A stretch of DNA of 64,000 nucleotides from positions 19,216 to 83,215 of the forward strand of contig CAYQEG010000006.1 of assembly GCA_964416435.1 (NCBI GenBank), read 5' to 3'. Source of the stretch: an uncultured Rickettsiales bacterium. GTDB taxonomy: Bacteria; Myxococcota_A; UBA796; UBA9615. This document shows positions 46,169 through 55,796 of this stretch, in pieces (the stretch's first letter is position 1; each line of letters starts with the position of its first letter). A program made the position numbers and the translations under genes. The notes beneath the pieces were generated by a model. That model did no database searches and was not told where the DNA came from. It saw nothing but the letters and a program-made list of their open reading frames with translations.

Positions 46169-47541
46169 AAGAGCGGCAGCTGAGGACGTCGCTCGATGTC
46201 CGCGCCGTCCACCGGGTAGCGACCTGAGAAGCATGCGTCGCAGTGGTCTCCCAGAGCACCTCCCACGGCAGAATGCATGCCATCGAGGCTCAGGTAGCCG
46301 ATGCTGTCGGCGCCGACGAAACGACCGATTTCGGAGACGTCGTTGTTAGCGGCGATGAGCTCGGCCCGGGTCGGCGTGTCGATCCCGTAGAAGCACGGGG
46401 CGATCGTCGGAGGGGCCGCGATCCGCAGGTGGACTTCGCTGGCGCCGGCGCGCCGAAGCATGCGCACGATCTTCTTGCAGGTGGTGCCGCGGACGAGGGA
46501 GTCGTCGACGACCGCGACCCGCTTGCCCCGGAGCAGCTCCGGGACGGGGTTGAGCTTGAGCTTCACGCCGAAGTCCCGGATCTGCTGGCTGGGCTCGATG
46601 AAGCTGCGGCCCACGTAGTGGTTCCGGACGAGCCCGAGCGAGAACTCTGCGTCGATCTCCTGCGAGTAGCCGAGGGCCGCGGCGACGCCGGAGTCGGGCA
46701 CCGGGATCACCAGGTCCACGTCCGCCGGGCTCTCCTGCGCCAGCTTCCTGCCGAGGCGGACCCGGACGCCATAGACGTCCTGGCCCCACAGGCTGGTGTC
46801 GGGTCGCGAGAAGTAGAGGTACTCGAAGATGCAGGCGGTGCGGGGCGCCTCGGGGAACGGCGAGAAGGACGTCGGTCCGGCCTCGTCGATGACCACGACT
46901 TCGCCCGGGGCGATGTCGCGGACAGGCTCCGCCTCGATGAGATCGAGGGCGCAGGACTCCGACGCGACCACCCAGGATCCGGCGGGGTGGCGTCCCAGCA
47001 CCAGCGGCCGGAACCCCATGGGGTCACGAGCGACGATCATCTTGTCCGGGGTCAGGAACACCAACGACCAGGCGCCGCGGACCCGGGCGAGCGCGTCGAC
47101 GATCCGGTTGACCAGCTTGCGCTGACGGCTGCGGGCGATGAGGTGGAGGATCACCTCCGTGTCGCCGGCCGTGGCGAAGATCGCTCCCTCCTCTTCGAGC
47201 TCCGCGCGGAGGGAGCCGGCGTTGACCAGGTTGCCGTTGTGGGCGATCGCGAGGCCGTCGCCGAAGCGGACCGTGAGCGGCTGCACGCTCGCCAGGTCGT
47301 TGCCGCCGGCGGTGGAGTAGCGCACGTGTCCGATCGCCGAGGCGCCCGGGAGGGCGTGCAGGACCTCGCGGTCACCGAAGGTGTCTGCGACCAGCCCCTG
47401 ATCCCGGCACGCGTAGAGGCGACGGCCGTCGGTGCTGACGATCCCGGCCCCCTCCTGGCCCCGGTGCTGCAGCGCGTGCAGCCCCAGGTACGCGAGGTTG
47501 CTCGCCTCGGGATGGCCGAAGATGCCGACGACGCCGCACAT
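46165..47541 (-). CDS. purF: amidophosphoribosyltransferase
   Basis: N-terminal MCGVVGI (Cys1 nucleophile) and a PRTase motif VVDDSLVRGTT. Confidence 0.95.
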   Translation of the reverse strand: MCGVVGIFGHPEASNLAYLGLHALQHRGQEGAGIVSTDGRRLYACRDQGLVADTFGDREVLHALPGASAIGHVRYSTAGGNDLASVQPLTVRFGDGLAIAHNGNLVNAGSLRAELEEEGAIFATAGDTEVILHLIARSRQRKLVNRIVDALARVRGAWSLVFLTPDKMIVARDPMGFRPLVLGRHPAGSWVVASESCALDLIEAEPVRDIAPGEVVVIDEAGPTSFSPFPEAPRTACIFEYLYFSRPDTSLWGQDVYGVRVRLGRKLAQESPADVDLVIPVPDSGVAAALGYSQEIDAEFSLGLVRNHYVGRSFIEPSQQIRDFGVKLKLNPVPELLRGKRVAVVDDSLVRGTTCKKIVRMLRRAGASEVHLRIAAPPTIAPCFYGIDTPTRAELIAANNDVSEIGRFVGADSIGYLSLDGMHSAVGGALGDHCDACFSGRYPVDGADIERRPQLPLF

Positions 47542-47547
47542 GGCGGT

Positions 47548-49836
47548 TCAGGGCCGGTCGGGGGGCTGTGGGAGCCCGATCGCGTCGCAGAAGCCATGCT
47601 CCCAGGCGTGCTTCGCGTCGGCGACGCTCACGTCCAGGGCGGGGAGCTGGTGCGCGTCCGTGATCAGGATGCGGTCGCCCCCGATCCGGCCGCACTCCCG
47701 GGCCCGACAACCGAGCTCCTGGCTCAACGCGAGCAGGTCGGACACGTGGGCCGCCTCGACGACCACCCAGGCGCAGCCGTGAGTCTCTCCGAACAGCTGC
47801 AGCTCACGGCTCACGGCGTCGGGGTTGCAGGGCAGGTTCACGGTGCAGCCGAGGCCATCGCCGTGGGCGCCGCCCGTCATCGCCATCTCGGCCAGGGCGA
47901 CCGCGAGGCCACCGTCGGCGGCGTCGTGGGCCGCGAGCACGAGGCCCCGCTCGATGCCGGTCCGGAGCACCGCCAGCAGCGCCCGCTCCTCGTCCCAGTG
48001 GACCGCCGGCGGCTTGCCCTGCTCGACGCTGTGACACACCCGCGCGTACGCCGAGGCGCCGAGGGTCGGTCGGGGGTTGCCGAGCAGCACGATCGCGCCG
48101 CCGTCCTGGGGCAGGCCCATGCCGACGGCGACCGAGCGGTCTTCGAGCAGCCCGACCATGCCCAGGGTGGGCGTCGGGTGGATGCTCTTGTGGTCGGTCT
48201 CGTTGTAGAGGCTGACGTTGCCCGAGACGACCGGCACCTCGAGTTGCCGCAGCCCGTCGCCCAGGCCGGCGACGGCGCGCTCGAACTCCCACATCACGTC
48301 GGGCCGCTCGGGGTTGCCGAAGTTGAGGCAGTCCGTCACCGCGATCGGCTCACCCCCGACGCACGCGACGTTCCGGGCCGCTTCGGCCACGACGCCCTCG
48401 GCCCCGCTGTACGGGTCCGCTTTGACGTGCACCTGGTTGCAGTCGGCCGTGAGGGCGACCGCCTTGTTGGTGCCGGGGAGGCGGATCACCGCGGCGTCGG
48501 CCGCGCCGGGCCGGACGATCGTGCCGAGCCGGACCATGTAGTCGTACTGCCGCCACACCCACCGCTTGTCCGCGATGGTGGGCGACGCCAGCAGAGAGGC
48601 GAGCACGGCGTTGCCGTCGCCGATCGCGGGCAGCACCGGGGGCTCCTGGCGGGCCGCGAGGTCGGCCGGCTCGGCGCGAGGCCGGTCGTACGACGGCGCG
48701 TCGTCGGTGAGGGCGCCGACGGGGATGCTCGCGACGGCCACTCCATCCTCGTGGATCGTCCAGAGGCCGTCGTCCGTCACGACGCCGACGACGACCGCCT
48801 CGAGGTCCCACTTCGCGAAGATCTCGTGGACGACCCCCTCCTTGCCCTTGGCCGCGACGATGAGCATGCGCTCCTGGGACTCGGACAGCAGGCACTCGTA
48901 CGGCGTCATGCCGACCTCGCGCCGCGGGATGCGATCGACGTGGAGCAGCAGGCCGGTGCCTCCGCGCCCGGCCATCTCCACGGAGGAGGACGTCAGCCCG
49001 GCGGCGCCCATGTCCTGGATGGCGACCACCGCGTCGCGCTTCATCAGCTCCAGGCAGGCCTCGAGCAGCCGCTTCTCGGTGTAGGGGTCGCCGACCTGGA
49101 CCGTCGGCCGGTTGCCCTCTTCGCCCTCCACGAAGGAGTCCGACGCCATGGTGGCGCCGTGGATGCCGTCGCGACCGGTCTTGCTCCCGACGTACAGCAC
49201 CGGGTTGCCGGGGCCGGCTGCGATGCCACGGAAGATGGCGTCCGCCTTCACGAGGCCGACACACATGGCGTTGACCAGGTTGTTGCCGTCGTAGCACTCG
49301 TGGAACGCCACTTCGCCGGCGACCGTGGGCACGCCCATGCAGTTGCCGTAGCCCGCGATCCCGGCGACCACGCCTTCGACGAGGTGTCGGGTCTTGGGGT
49401 GGTCGGGGCGCCCGAAGCGCAGGGAGTCGAGCAGCGCGACGGGGCGCGCGTTCATCGTGAAGACGTCGCGCAGGATCCCGCCCACGCCCGTCGCCGCGCC
49501 CTGGTAGGGCTCGATGAACGACGGGTGGTTGTGGGACTCCATCTTGAAGCAGATCCCCAGGCCGTCGCCGATGTCGACCACGCCGGCGTTCTCCCCGGGT
49601 CCCTGGAGCACCCGAGGCCCCTCGGTGGGCAGCGTCTTGAGGTGGATCCGGGACGTCTTGTAGGAGCAATGCTCCGACCACATGACGCTGAACACGCCCA
49701 GCTCGGTCCAGGTCGGCTCGCGGCCGAGGATCGACAGGACGTGGTCGTACTCACCCTCGGTCAGGCCGTGCTCGGCGACGACGGCCGGCGTGATGGCGGG
49801 ATCGCCGGGGCGGGGGCTCACAGCTGCGGTGCTCAC
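47548..49836 (-). CDS. purL: phosphoribosylformylglycinamidine synthase subunit PurL
   Basis: A GTG start at 49836 with GAGGAGG 8 nt upstream. The N-terminus [60 protein letters not shown] matches PurL. The track ORF extends 173 codons further upstream, which I rejected. Confidence 0.9.
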   Translation of the reverse strand: MSTAAVSPRPGDPAITPAVVAEHGLTEGEYDHVLSILGREPTWTELGVFSVMWSEHCSYKTSRIHLKTLPTEGPRVLQGPGENAGVVDIGDGLGICFKMESHNHPSFIEPYQGAATGVGGILRDVFTMNARPVALLDSLRFGRPDHPKTRHLVEGVVAGIAGYGNCMGVPTVAGEVAFHECYDGNNLVNAMCVGLVKADAIFRGIAAGPGNPVLYVGSKTGRDGIHGATMASDSFVEGEEGNRPTVQVGDPYTEKRLLEACLELMKRDAVVAIQDMGAAGLTSSSVEMAGRGGTGLLLHVDRIPRREVGMTPYECLLSESQERMLIVAAKGKEGVVHEIFAKWDLEAVVVGVVTDDGLWTIHEDGVAVASIPVGALTDDAPSYDRPRAEPADLAARQEPPVLPAIGDGNAVLASLLASPTIADKRWVWRQYDYMVRLGTIVRPGAADAAVIRLPGTNKAVALTADCNQVHVKADPYSGAEGVVAEAARNVACVGGEPIAVTDCLNFGNPERPDVMWEFERAVAGLGDGLRQLEVPVVSGNVSLYNETDHKSIHPTPTLGMVGLLEDRSVAVGMGLPQDGGAIVLLGNPRPTLGASAYARVCHSVEQGKPPAVHWDEERALLAVLRTGIERGLVLAAHDAADGGLAVALAEMAMTGGAHGDGLGCTVNLPCNPDAVSRELQLFGETHGCAWVVVEAAHVSDLLALSQELGCRARECGRIGGDRILITDAHQLPALDVSVADAKHAWEHGFCDAIGLPQPPDRP

Positions 49837-50528
49837 GCCCGGCCCTCCTCGTAGGTGTGGATGATCGACCGGAACACCCAGGCGCCCGACGCGTCGCCCA
49901 GGTCGGTCTCCGCGTTGCGCTCGGGGTGGGGCATCATGCCGAGCACGTTGCCCCGCTCGTTGATGATCCCCGCGATGTTGTCCAGGGAGCCGTTGGGGTT
50001 GGCTTCGGCCGTCTCGGTCCCGCCGCGATCGGCGTAACGGAAGACGACCTGGTGGTTCGCCTCCAGGCGCCCCAGGGTCTCCTCGTCGGCGTAGTAGCAG
50101 CCGCCGTGGTGGGCGATCGGGGCGACGATCGTCTCGGGGCAGAGCACCGTCCACGGCGTGTGGCCGTTGGCGACGAGCAGCGTGGCGTCGTCGCACACGA
50201 ACTTGAGATCCCGGTTGGTGCGCAGGCAGCCGGGCAGGAGCCCCGCCTCCGTCAGCACCTGGAAGCCGTTGCAGATCCCGACGACATACCCGCCGCCGTC
50301 GGCGAACCGCCGGACCGACTCCATCACCGGCGAGAACCGGGCGATCGCCCCGCACCGCAGGTAGTCGCCGTAGCTGAATCCACCGGGCAGCACGACGCAG
50401 TCCAGGTCGTCGAGGTCGACGTCCTTGTGCCAGACGAACCGCGCCTCGTGGCCCAGCACGTGGTGGACGACGTGGTACGCGTCGTGGTCGCAGTTGCTCC
50501 CCGGGAAGGTCACGATCCCGAACTTCAC
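49833..50528 (-). CDS. purQ: phosphoribosylformylglycinamidine synthase subunit PurQ (glutaminase)
   Basis: [16 protein letters not shown]...GICNGFQ...MMPHPER. It has a GTG start and a 4-bp overlap with purL. Confidence 0.9.
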   Translation of the reverse strand: MKFGIVTFPGSNCDHDAYHVVHHVLGHEARFVWHKDVDLDDLDCVVLPGGFSYGDYLRCGAIARFSPVMESVRRFADGGGYVVGICNGFQVLTEAGLLPGCLRTNRDLKFVCDDATLLVANGHTPWTVLCPETIVAPIAHHGGCYYADEETLGRLEANHQVVFRYADRGGTETAEANPNGSLDNIAGIINERGNVLGMMPHPERNAETDLGDASGAWVFRSIIHTYEEGRA

Positions 50529-50544
50529 GGCGGGCCTCCGCTGA

Positions 50545-50793
50545 TCAGGTGTCGAGGAGCTCGACGTCGAAGTCTTCGACGACTTCGTTCGCGAGCAGCT
50601 TGCGCGCCATCTCCCGCCCCAACGCCAGCGCCTGGTCGGCGCCCACGTCGTGGGTCAGCGTGACGTCGATGACCTTGCCGACCCGGACCTCGCCGAGGCC
50701 GTCGAAGCCGAGGTTGGCGAGCCCCCCGGCGACCGCGGCCCCCTGGGGATCGAGCACACCCCGGCGGGGCACCACGTGTACGCGGATCTTCAC
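50545..50793 (-). CDS. purS: phosphoribosylformylglycinamidine synthase subunit PurS
   Basis: The 82-aa protein reads MKIRVHVVPRRGVLDPQG.... Confidence 0.85.
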   Translation of the reverse strand: MKIRVHVVPRRGVLDPQGAAVAGGLANLGFDGLGEVRVGKVIDVTLTHDVGADQALALGREMARKLLANEVVEDFDVELLDT

Positions 50794-50795
50794 GC

Positions 50796-51515
50796 CTACC
50801 CCAGCGCCTGGGCGACGAGCCCGTCGAGGCGGGCGTAGCTCTCTTCGACCTGGCCCATGTCGAACCGGAACCGGTCCTTGTCCAGCTTCTCACCCGTCTG
50901 GGCGTCCCACAGGCGGCAGCCGTCGGGGGTGATCTCGTCGGCGAGCAGGAGGTTGCCGTCGGCGTCGCGGCCGAACTCGATCTTGAAGTCGACGAGGTCG
51001 ATGCCCAGCGGCTTCCAGAAGGCGACCATCAGCTCGTTGACCTTCATCGTCACCTCGGACGCAGCGTCCAGGGTCTCGAAGTCGGTCAGGCCCAGGATGT
51101 CGATCGCCTCCCGTCCGATGAGCGGGTCGCCCAGGTCGTCGTCCTTGACGAAGTACTCGATCATCGGCCGGCTCAGGCGCAGCCCCTCCTCCGTCCCGTA
51201 GCGGCGGCAGAGGGAGCCGGCGGCGATGTTCCGCACGATGAACTCGACGGGCACGATGTCCACCCGCGTGACCAGCTGCTCCCGCTCGTTCAGCTCCTCG
51301 ACGAGGTGCGTCTTGATGCCGGCTGCCTCGAGCAGGCGGAAGATCTTCGTGCTGATCGAACAGTTGAAGACCCCCTTGTCGACGATGGTGCCCTTCTTGA
51401 CGCCGTTGAACGCCGTCGCTGCGTCCTTGAACTCCTGGACCAGCAGTCCGGGGTCGGTCGTCGTGTGCAGGATCTTGCTCTTGCCCTCGCTGAGGACTCC
51501 GGTCTTGTCAGGCAT
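50796..51515 (-). CDS. purC: phosphoribosylaminoimidazole-succinocarboxamide synthase
   Basis: SEGKSKILHTT...GDPLIGREA. An internal ATG at 51515 is preferred over the track's TTG at 51527. Confidence 0.9.
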   Translation of the reverse strand: MPDKTGVLSEGKSKILHTTTDPGLLVQEFKDAATAFNGVKKGTIVDKGVFNCSISTKIFRLLEAAGIKTHLVEELNEREQLVTRVDIVPVEFIVRNIAAGSLCRRYGTEEGLRLSRPMIEYFVKDDDLGDPLIGREAIDILGLTDFETLDAASEVTMKVNELMVAFWKPLGIDLVDFKIEFGRDADGNLLLADEITPDGCRLWDAQTGEKLDKDRFRFDMGQVEESYARLDGLVAQALG

Positions 51516-52812
51516 CTGTCGCTCCAAAGACTCGCTCGAAGATCACGTCCCGGTGCCGGACGAAAGCAGCTTCGTCGAACACCGCGTCCAAGGCAGCCGA
51601 ATCCAGGCGTGAGTTCACGTCCGGGTCGGCCTCGATCAAAGCGCGCAGGGTCCCCTCCCCCTGCCACACCGCCATCGCGTTGCGCTGCACGATGGCGTAG
51701 GCCTGCTCACGGGTCAGGCCGGACTCGACGAGGGACAGCATCAGCCGCTGGCTGAAGTGGATGCCGCCCAGCTGGTCGAGGTTGCGGCGCATGTTCACCG
51801 GGTACACCACCAGCCCTTCGACCACCGACGCGAGCCGGTGGAGCATGAAGTGGCAGGTCACGGTGGAGTCGGGCCCGATCATCCTCTCGACGCTGCTGTG
51901 GCTGATGTCCCGCTCGTGCCACAGGGCGACGTTCTCCATCGCCGGCAGGCAGTAGCCGCGGACCAGGCGCGCCAACCCGGTCAGGTTCTCCGTCAGGATC
52001 GGGTTGCGCTTGTGGGGCATGGCAGAGCTGCCCTTCTGCCCCTTGGTGAACCGCTCCTCGGCCTCCAGCACCTCGGTCCGCTGGAGGTGCCGCACCTCCA
52101 CCGCGATCCGCTCCACCGCAGACGCGAGCAGCGCCAGAGAGGTGAAGAAGGCGGCGTGGCGGCACCGGGGGATGACCTGGGTGCAGGCCGGCACGGGGGT
52201 CAGCCCCATGCGCTCGCAGACGTACTCCTCGACCGCCGGATCGACGAACGCGTACGTCCCGACCGCGCCCGAGATCATGCCCACCGACACCTCCTCGGTG
52301 GCGGCCGCGATGCGGACCCGGGCGCGCGACAGGTCGTCGTACCAGCCGGCGATCTTCAGCCCGAAGGTGGTCGGCTCGGCGTGGATGCCGTGGGACCGCC
52401 CCATGCAGAGCGTGTCCTTGTGCTCGAAGGCCCGGGTGCGCACGATCGCGAGCACCCGGTCCAGGGCGTCCAGGATGAGCACGCCCGCGTCCCGCAGCTG
52501 GACCGCGGTCGCCGTGTCGAGCACGTCGCTGCTCGTCATGCCCTTGTGCAGGAACCGGGCCTCGGGCCCGACGTACTCGCCGACGTTGGTCAGGAACGCG
52601 ATGACGTCGTGCTTGAGGGTCTTCTCGAGCTCCGCGACGCGCTCGATGTCGAACCGGGCCCGCTCCCGGCAGACCCGCGCCGCGTCGGCCGGGACCTGGC
52701 CGAGCTCGGCCATCGCCTCACAGGCGAGCAGTTCGACCTCCAGCATCACCGCCAGGCGGTGCTGTTCGGACCAGATTGCGGCCATCTCAGGCCGCGAATA
52801 GCGGGGGATCAC
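51508..52812 (-). CDS. purB: adenylosuccinate lyase
   Basis: MIPRYSRPEMAAIW... and the fumarate-lyase signature SSAMPHKRNP. Confidence 0.95.
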   Translation of the reverse strand: MIPRYSRPEMAAIWSEQHRLAVMLEVELLACEAMAELGQVPADAARVCRERARFDIERVAELEKTLKHDVIAFLTNVGEYVGPEARFLHKGMTSSDVLDTATAVQLRDAGVLILDALDRVLAIVRTRAFEHKDTLCMGRSHGIHAEPTTFGLKIAGWYDDLSRARVRIAAATEEVSVGMISGAVGTYAFVDPAVEEYVCERMGLTPVPACTQVIPRCRHAAFFTSLALLASAVERIAVEVRHLQRTEVLEAEERFTKGQKGSSAMPHKRNPILTENLTGLARLVRGYCLPAMENVALWHERDISHSSVERMIGPDSTVTCHFMLHRLASVVEGLVVYPVNMRRNLDQLGGIHFSQRLMLSLVESGLTREQAYAIVQRNAMAVWQGEGTLRALIEADPDVNSRLDSAALDAVFDEAAFVRHRDVIFERVFGATDA

Positions 52813-52879
52813 AGGCCGGCTCCCAGAGCGAGGGAGGCGGGACCATAACAGGCCCGGACCGCCTCGTCAGCGGGGAGAA

Positions 52880-53728
52880 TCAGCGTTTGTTGCGACGCCC
52901 GATCCGGCGCTCCGTGAGGCTGATCAAGGTGGAGGGTGCATCCTGGCTCGCCAGCCGCAGTGCGATGCGCTTTCGGGCGCGGTGCCCGACCCCCGCGCGG
53001 GCGGCCTCGAGGGCCAGCTCCGGCGTGTTGCTCGACTCGGACAGGTGGCCCAGGAGGACCTCCTCGACCCGACTGCGCCGCAGCGACTTCACGATGTCGG
53101 CCGCCTGCCGGTTGCTCAGGTGGCCCCACCGCCCGCCCACCCGGTCCTTGACCGAGGTCGGGTAGTCGCAGCCGCGCAGCATGTCGGTGTCGTGGTTGAA
53201 CTCCAGGAGGACCGCTCGGCAGGTCCCGAGGACCTCCATCGCCCGCCGGCTCGGCGACCCCATGTCCGTCGCGATGCCGACGCGGTCGCCGCCGACCCCG
53301 ACCGCGAAGCCGACCGGGTCGACGGTGTCGTGCGGCACGCGGAACGACTCCACCTCCAGGGCGCCGATCTTCAGCTTGTCCCCCGGCTCGAAGGTCCGGA
53401 TCTCGGTCCCCTCGTCCAGCGCCAGGCGGCCTCGCTGCACCTTCCTCATGCAGCCCTCGCTCATGTAGACGGGCACCTCGAAGGTGCGGGCGGTCACCCG
53501 CGTGCCGGCGACGTGATCTCCGTGGTCGTGGGTCAGCACGATCCCCTTGACCCGGCTCGGCGTGATGCCGAGTTTTCGGAGTCTGAGGCGGACCTGGCGA
53601 CAGCTCAGACCACAATCGACGAGAATCGCCGAGTCGTTGCAAACGACGACCGTCGCGTTGCCGCGGCTCCCCGAGCCGAGGTTCGCGAAGGAGACGGTGT
53701 TGCGGAACAGGTCCAGGTTTCGGATCAT
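52880..53728 (-). CDS. MBL-fold metallo-hydrolase
   Basis: It starts at the internal Met MIRNLDLFRNTVSFANLGSGSRGNATVV. HxHxDH motif LTHDHGDHVAG. The track's upstream 99 codons are rejected. Confidence 0.8.
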   Translation of the reverse strand: MIRNLDLFRNTVSFANLGSGSRGNATVVVCNDSAILVDCGLSCRQVRLRLRKLGITPSRVKGIVLTHDHGDHVAGTRVTARTFEVPVYMSEGCMRKVQRGRLALDEGTEIRTFEPGDKLKIGALEVESFRVPHDTVDPVGFAVGVGGDRVGIATDMGSPSRRAMEVLGTCRAVLLEFNHDTDMLRGCDYPTSVKDRVGGRWGHLSNRQAADIVKSLRRSRVEEVLLGHLSESSNTPELALEAARAGVGHRARKRIALRLASQDAPSTLISLTERRIGRRNKR

Positions 53729-53782
53729 CGTTGCGAGGGCCGATGGTAGCGCCGCGAGCGCGCCGTCGGGTGGAGGGTTCAG

Positions 53783-54319
53783 GTGACGATTACGCGGTGT
53801 CCCAACTGTGAGGCCCAGGTCCTGCCCGGGGACGTGTCCTGTCGCCGCTGCAAGTACGACTTCATCATGGGCCGGCAGCTCGACGGTGATCCGGCGGCGC
53901 AGGAGCGCAAGCGCCGCCTCGCCGGCCTGGGCGCCGTGGTCGCCGGGATCCTGATCGTCGGCGGCATCGTGATGTCGTTCGTGATGAAGCCGCCCGAGGA
54001 AGACGCCGGGCCGGTCGACAACCATCCTTGCGCCGTCGCCTTGCGCGGTATCCAGCCCGTCATCGCGGCCGCGGCCGCGCGCGGGAACCCGATCCCGGAG
54101 TGCGAGGCGACCCCGCCCGGTCCGACGGCCTGTTGGCAGGAGGTCGACGTGCCGACGGCGGCGGTCTCGACCGAAGGGATCGAGTTGACCCTCGAGCGCA
54201 CCCGGGACGGCTTCGACATCCGCTGCCGGGCCGACATGGACGGTGACGGCGATCGCGCGCTGTACTCGGCCAACGAAGCCGTGACCGGGGTGCGGATCTC
54301 GCCGCTCGGCGTGCAGTAG
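53783..54319 (+). CDS. hypothetical zinc-ribbon plus single-TM protein
   Basis: A GTG start and strong G/C third-position bias. An N-terminal CPNC...CRRC zinc ribbon is followed by one TM helix (LAGLGAVVAGILIVGGIVMSFV) and a Cys-containing extracytoplasmic domain. Confidence 0.6.
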   Translation: MTITRCPNCEAQVLPGDVSCRRCKYDFIMGRQLDGDPAAQERKRRLAGLGAVVAGILIVGGIVMSFVMKPPEEDAGPVDNHPCAVALRGIQPVIAAAAARGNPIPECEATPPGPTACWQEVDVPTAAVSTEGIELTLERTRDGFDIRCRADMDGDGDRALYSANEAVTGVRISPLGVQ

Positions 54320-54325
54320 CTCCGG

Positions 54326-55450
54326 TCAGGCGAGCCGGCGGGCGGCCACCGTCGGCGGCACCGCCGCGGCCGGCCGACCCAGGATCCCGTCGCAGACGTC
54401 GCTGACCGCCGCGCCGATCCACGACAGCCCCCAGCCTCCCCACCCGCTCAGCGCCACGACGCGCGGGTTGCCGGGCAGCGGCCCCACGATCGGGAGGCCG
54501 TCGCACGAGGCGGTCCCGATCCCGGACCAGGCCTCGACGATCTGCGCCGCCGCAGGGTCGGCGACGTGGGCCTCCAGGAACGCCCGCTGGCGATCCAGCA
54601 CCTTGGCGCTGATCGCCTCGTCGTCCGTCACCCCGGCTTCCATCTCCGGCTGCTCGGCCCAGCGACAGCCGACGAACCCCAGCCCCCCGTCGGGACGCGG
54701 AGCCCACGCCTCGAAGCGGTGTCGGATCAGGGCTGGCCGAGCCGGGGGGAGCGCCAGCGGGGCGGTGCGCGCCCCCTGGAGGCGCACCGGGTACAGCATC
54801 GGGCCGAACCACGGGTGCACCGACGCCGAGCCGGGCCCGGCGGCCACGACCACGATCTCCGCCAGGACCTCGCGGTCGTCGACCCGCAGCCGCAGCCCGT
54901 CGGCGGTCGCGCCGCCCAGGGTCGCCCGACCGGTGAGCGACGGCGCTCCCTCGGTGAGGGCGGCGAGCAGCGCGGCCAGGTCGACCTGGCCGTCGCCGTG
55001 CACGAGCACCCCGCCGTGGAACCCGCCCGTCCCCTCGATCGGGGAGGCCACCTCCGGACCGAACCAGCGTCCGAGGAGCTCGACCGACGCCTCCCACTCC
55101 CGCCCCTCCTCGGGCCCGAGGCAGAGGCGCTCGGAGCCGTCGAACCGCGCGTCGATGGCGTGCTCCTCGCACAGGAGGCCAAGCTCGTCGATCGCCCGCG
55201 CCGACCAACGCCACAGGGCGCCCGCGCGCTCCGCTCCGAGGGCTGCGGCCAGGCGCGCGGGGCTGTCGGCGCCACCTCGAGCGGCGATCCCGAGGCTCCG
55301 GGTCGACGCCGCGGCGGGCGGGTCGGCGGAGTCGATCAGCAGAACGTCGGCGTGTGCGGCGAGCCGCGCGGCGGCCCATCGGCCGGCCAGCCCACCGCCG
55401 ACGACGGCAATGTCACAGCGGGCCGGCGCGCCGGCCCCGCCCTCACTCAG
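54326..55450 (-). CDS. FAD-dependent oxidoreductase (DAO/ThiO-like) with no canonical in-frame start codon
   Basis: The reading frame is open from the TGA at 55582-55580 down to 54326. It encodes ...LSEGGAGAPARCDIAVVGGGLAGRWAAARLA...SPIEGTGGF.... There is no ATG/GTG/TTG between the upstream stop and the GTG at 55051 chosen by the track. The candidate non-canonical starts are CTG 55450 or ATT 55411. The boundary is uncertain. Confidence 0.5.
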   Translation of the reverse strand: MSEGGAGAPARCDIAVVGGGLAGRWAAARLAAHADVLLIDSADPPAAASTRSLGIAARGGADSPARLAAALGAERAGALWRWSARAIDELGLLCEEHAIDARFDGSERLCLGPEEGREWEASVELLGRWFGPEVASPIEGTGGFHGGVLVHGDGQVDLAALLAALTEGAPSLTGRATLGGATADGLRLRVDDREVLAEIVVVAAGPGSASVHPWFGPMLYPVRLQGARTAPLALPPARPALIRHRFEAWAPRPDGGLGFVGCRWAEQPEMEAGVTDDEAISAKVLDRQRAFLEAHVADPAAAQIVEAWSGIGTASCDGLPIVGPLPGNPRVVALSGWGGWGLSWIGAAVSDVCDGILGRPAAAVPPTVAARRLA

Positions 55451-55787
55451 CGTCGGGCTCCCCGGCGTCGGGGGCGGGCTCCCCTTCGGGGGCCGGCGCC
55501 TCTTCGGGCGTGGCGGCGGGATCCGTCTCGCTCGTCTGGCCCGCGTCGATCCAGCCGAACTTGCTGGTCGCCGGCAGCTTCACGCGGAGGCGGTCCCCCT
55601 CCTTGAAGAGGACCTCCACCCGCTGGCCGCTCTCGATCGTGCCGACGGAGCCGCTGTCCGCCTCGACGAACCGGGTGGCGTCCACCTCGGCGGTGGTCCA
55701 GACAAAGTCTGCGGCGATCGCCGGGACGGCGACGATCAGGGCCGCGACGACGGCGGCGAGGATGCTCAGGAAGCGCTTCATGGTCAC
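55443..55787 (-). CDS. small secreted/membrane-anchored protein with SH3b-like domain and acidic Pro-rich tail
   Basis: MTMKRFLSILAAVVAALIVAVPAIAADFVWTTAEVDATRFVEADSGSVGTIESGQRVEVLFKEGDRLRVKLPATSKFGWIDAG. Third positions are strongly G/C-biased. The start is GTG 55787 or ATG 55781. Confidence 0.65.
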   Translation of the reverse strand: MTMKRFLSILAAVVAALIVAVPAIAADFVWTTAEVDATRFVEADSGSVGTIESGQRVEVLFKEGDRLRVKLPATSKFGWIDAGQTSETDPAATPEEAPAPEGEPAPDAGEPDAE

Positions 55788-55796
55788 CTATCCGGG

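Noticed and set aside
46243-49854. 1203-aa plus-strand ORF
   Set aside because: It is antisense to purF and purL, which have unambiguous family signatures. Its composition is junk-like.
49837-50355. Upstream extension of purL ORF to 50355
   Set aside because: It overlaps purQ in another frame. The PurL N-terminal homology begins at the GTG at 49836, which has a strong GAGGAGG ribosome-binding site.
54060-55379. 439-aa and 182-aa alternative-frame minus ORFs over the FAD oxidoreductase
   Set aside because: They are Arg/Gly-rich. The frame carrying the GGGLAG Rossmann motif and the DAO-like C-terminus is the coherent one.
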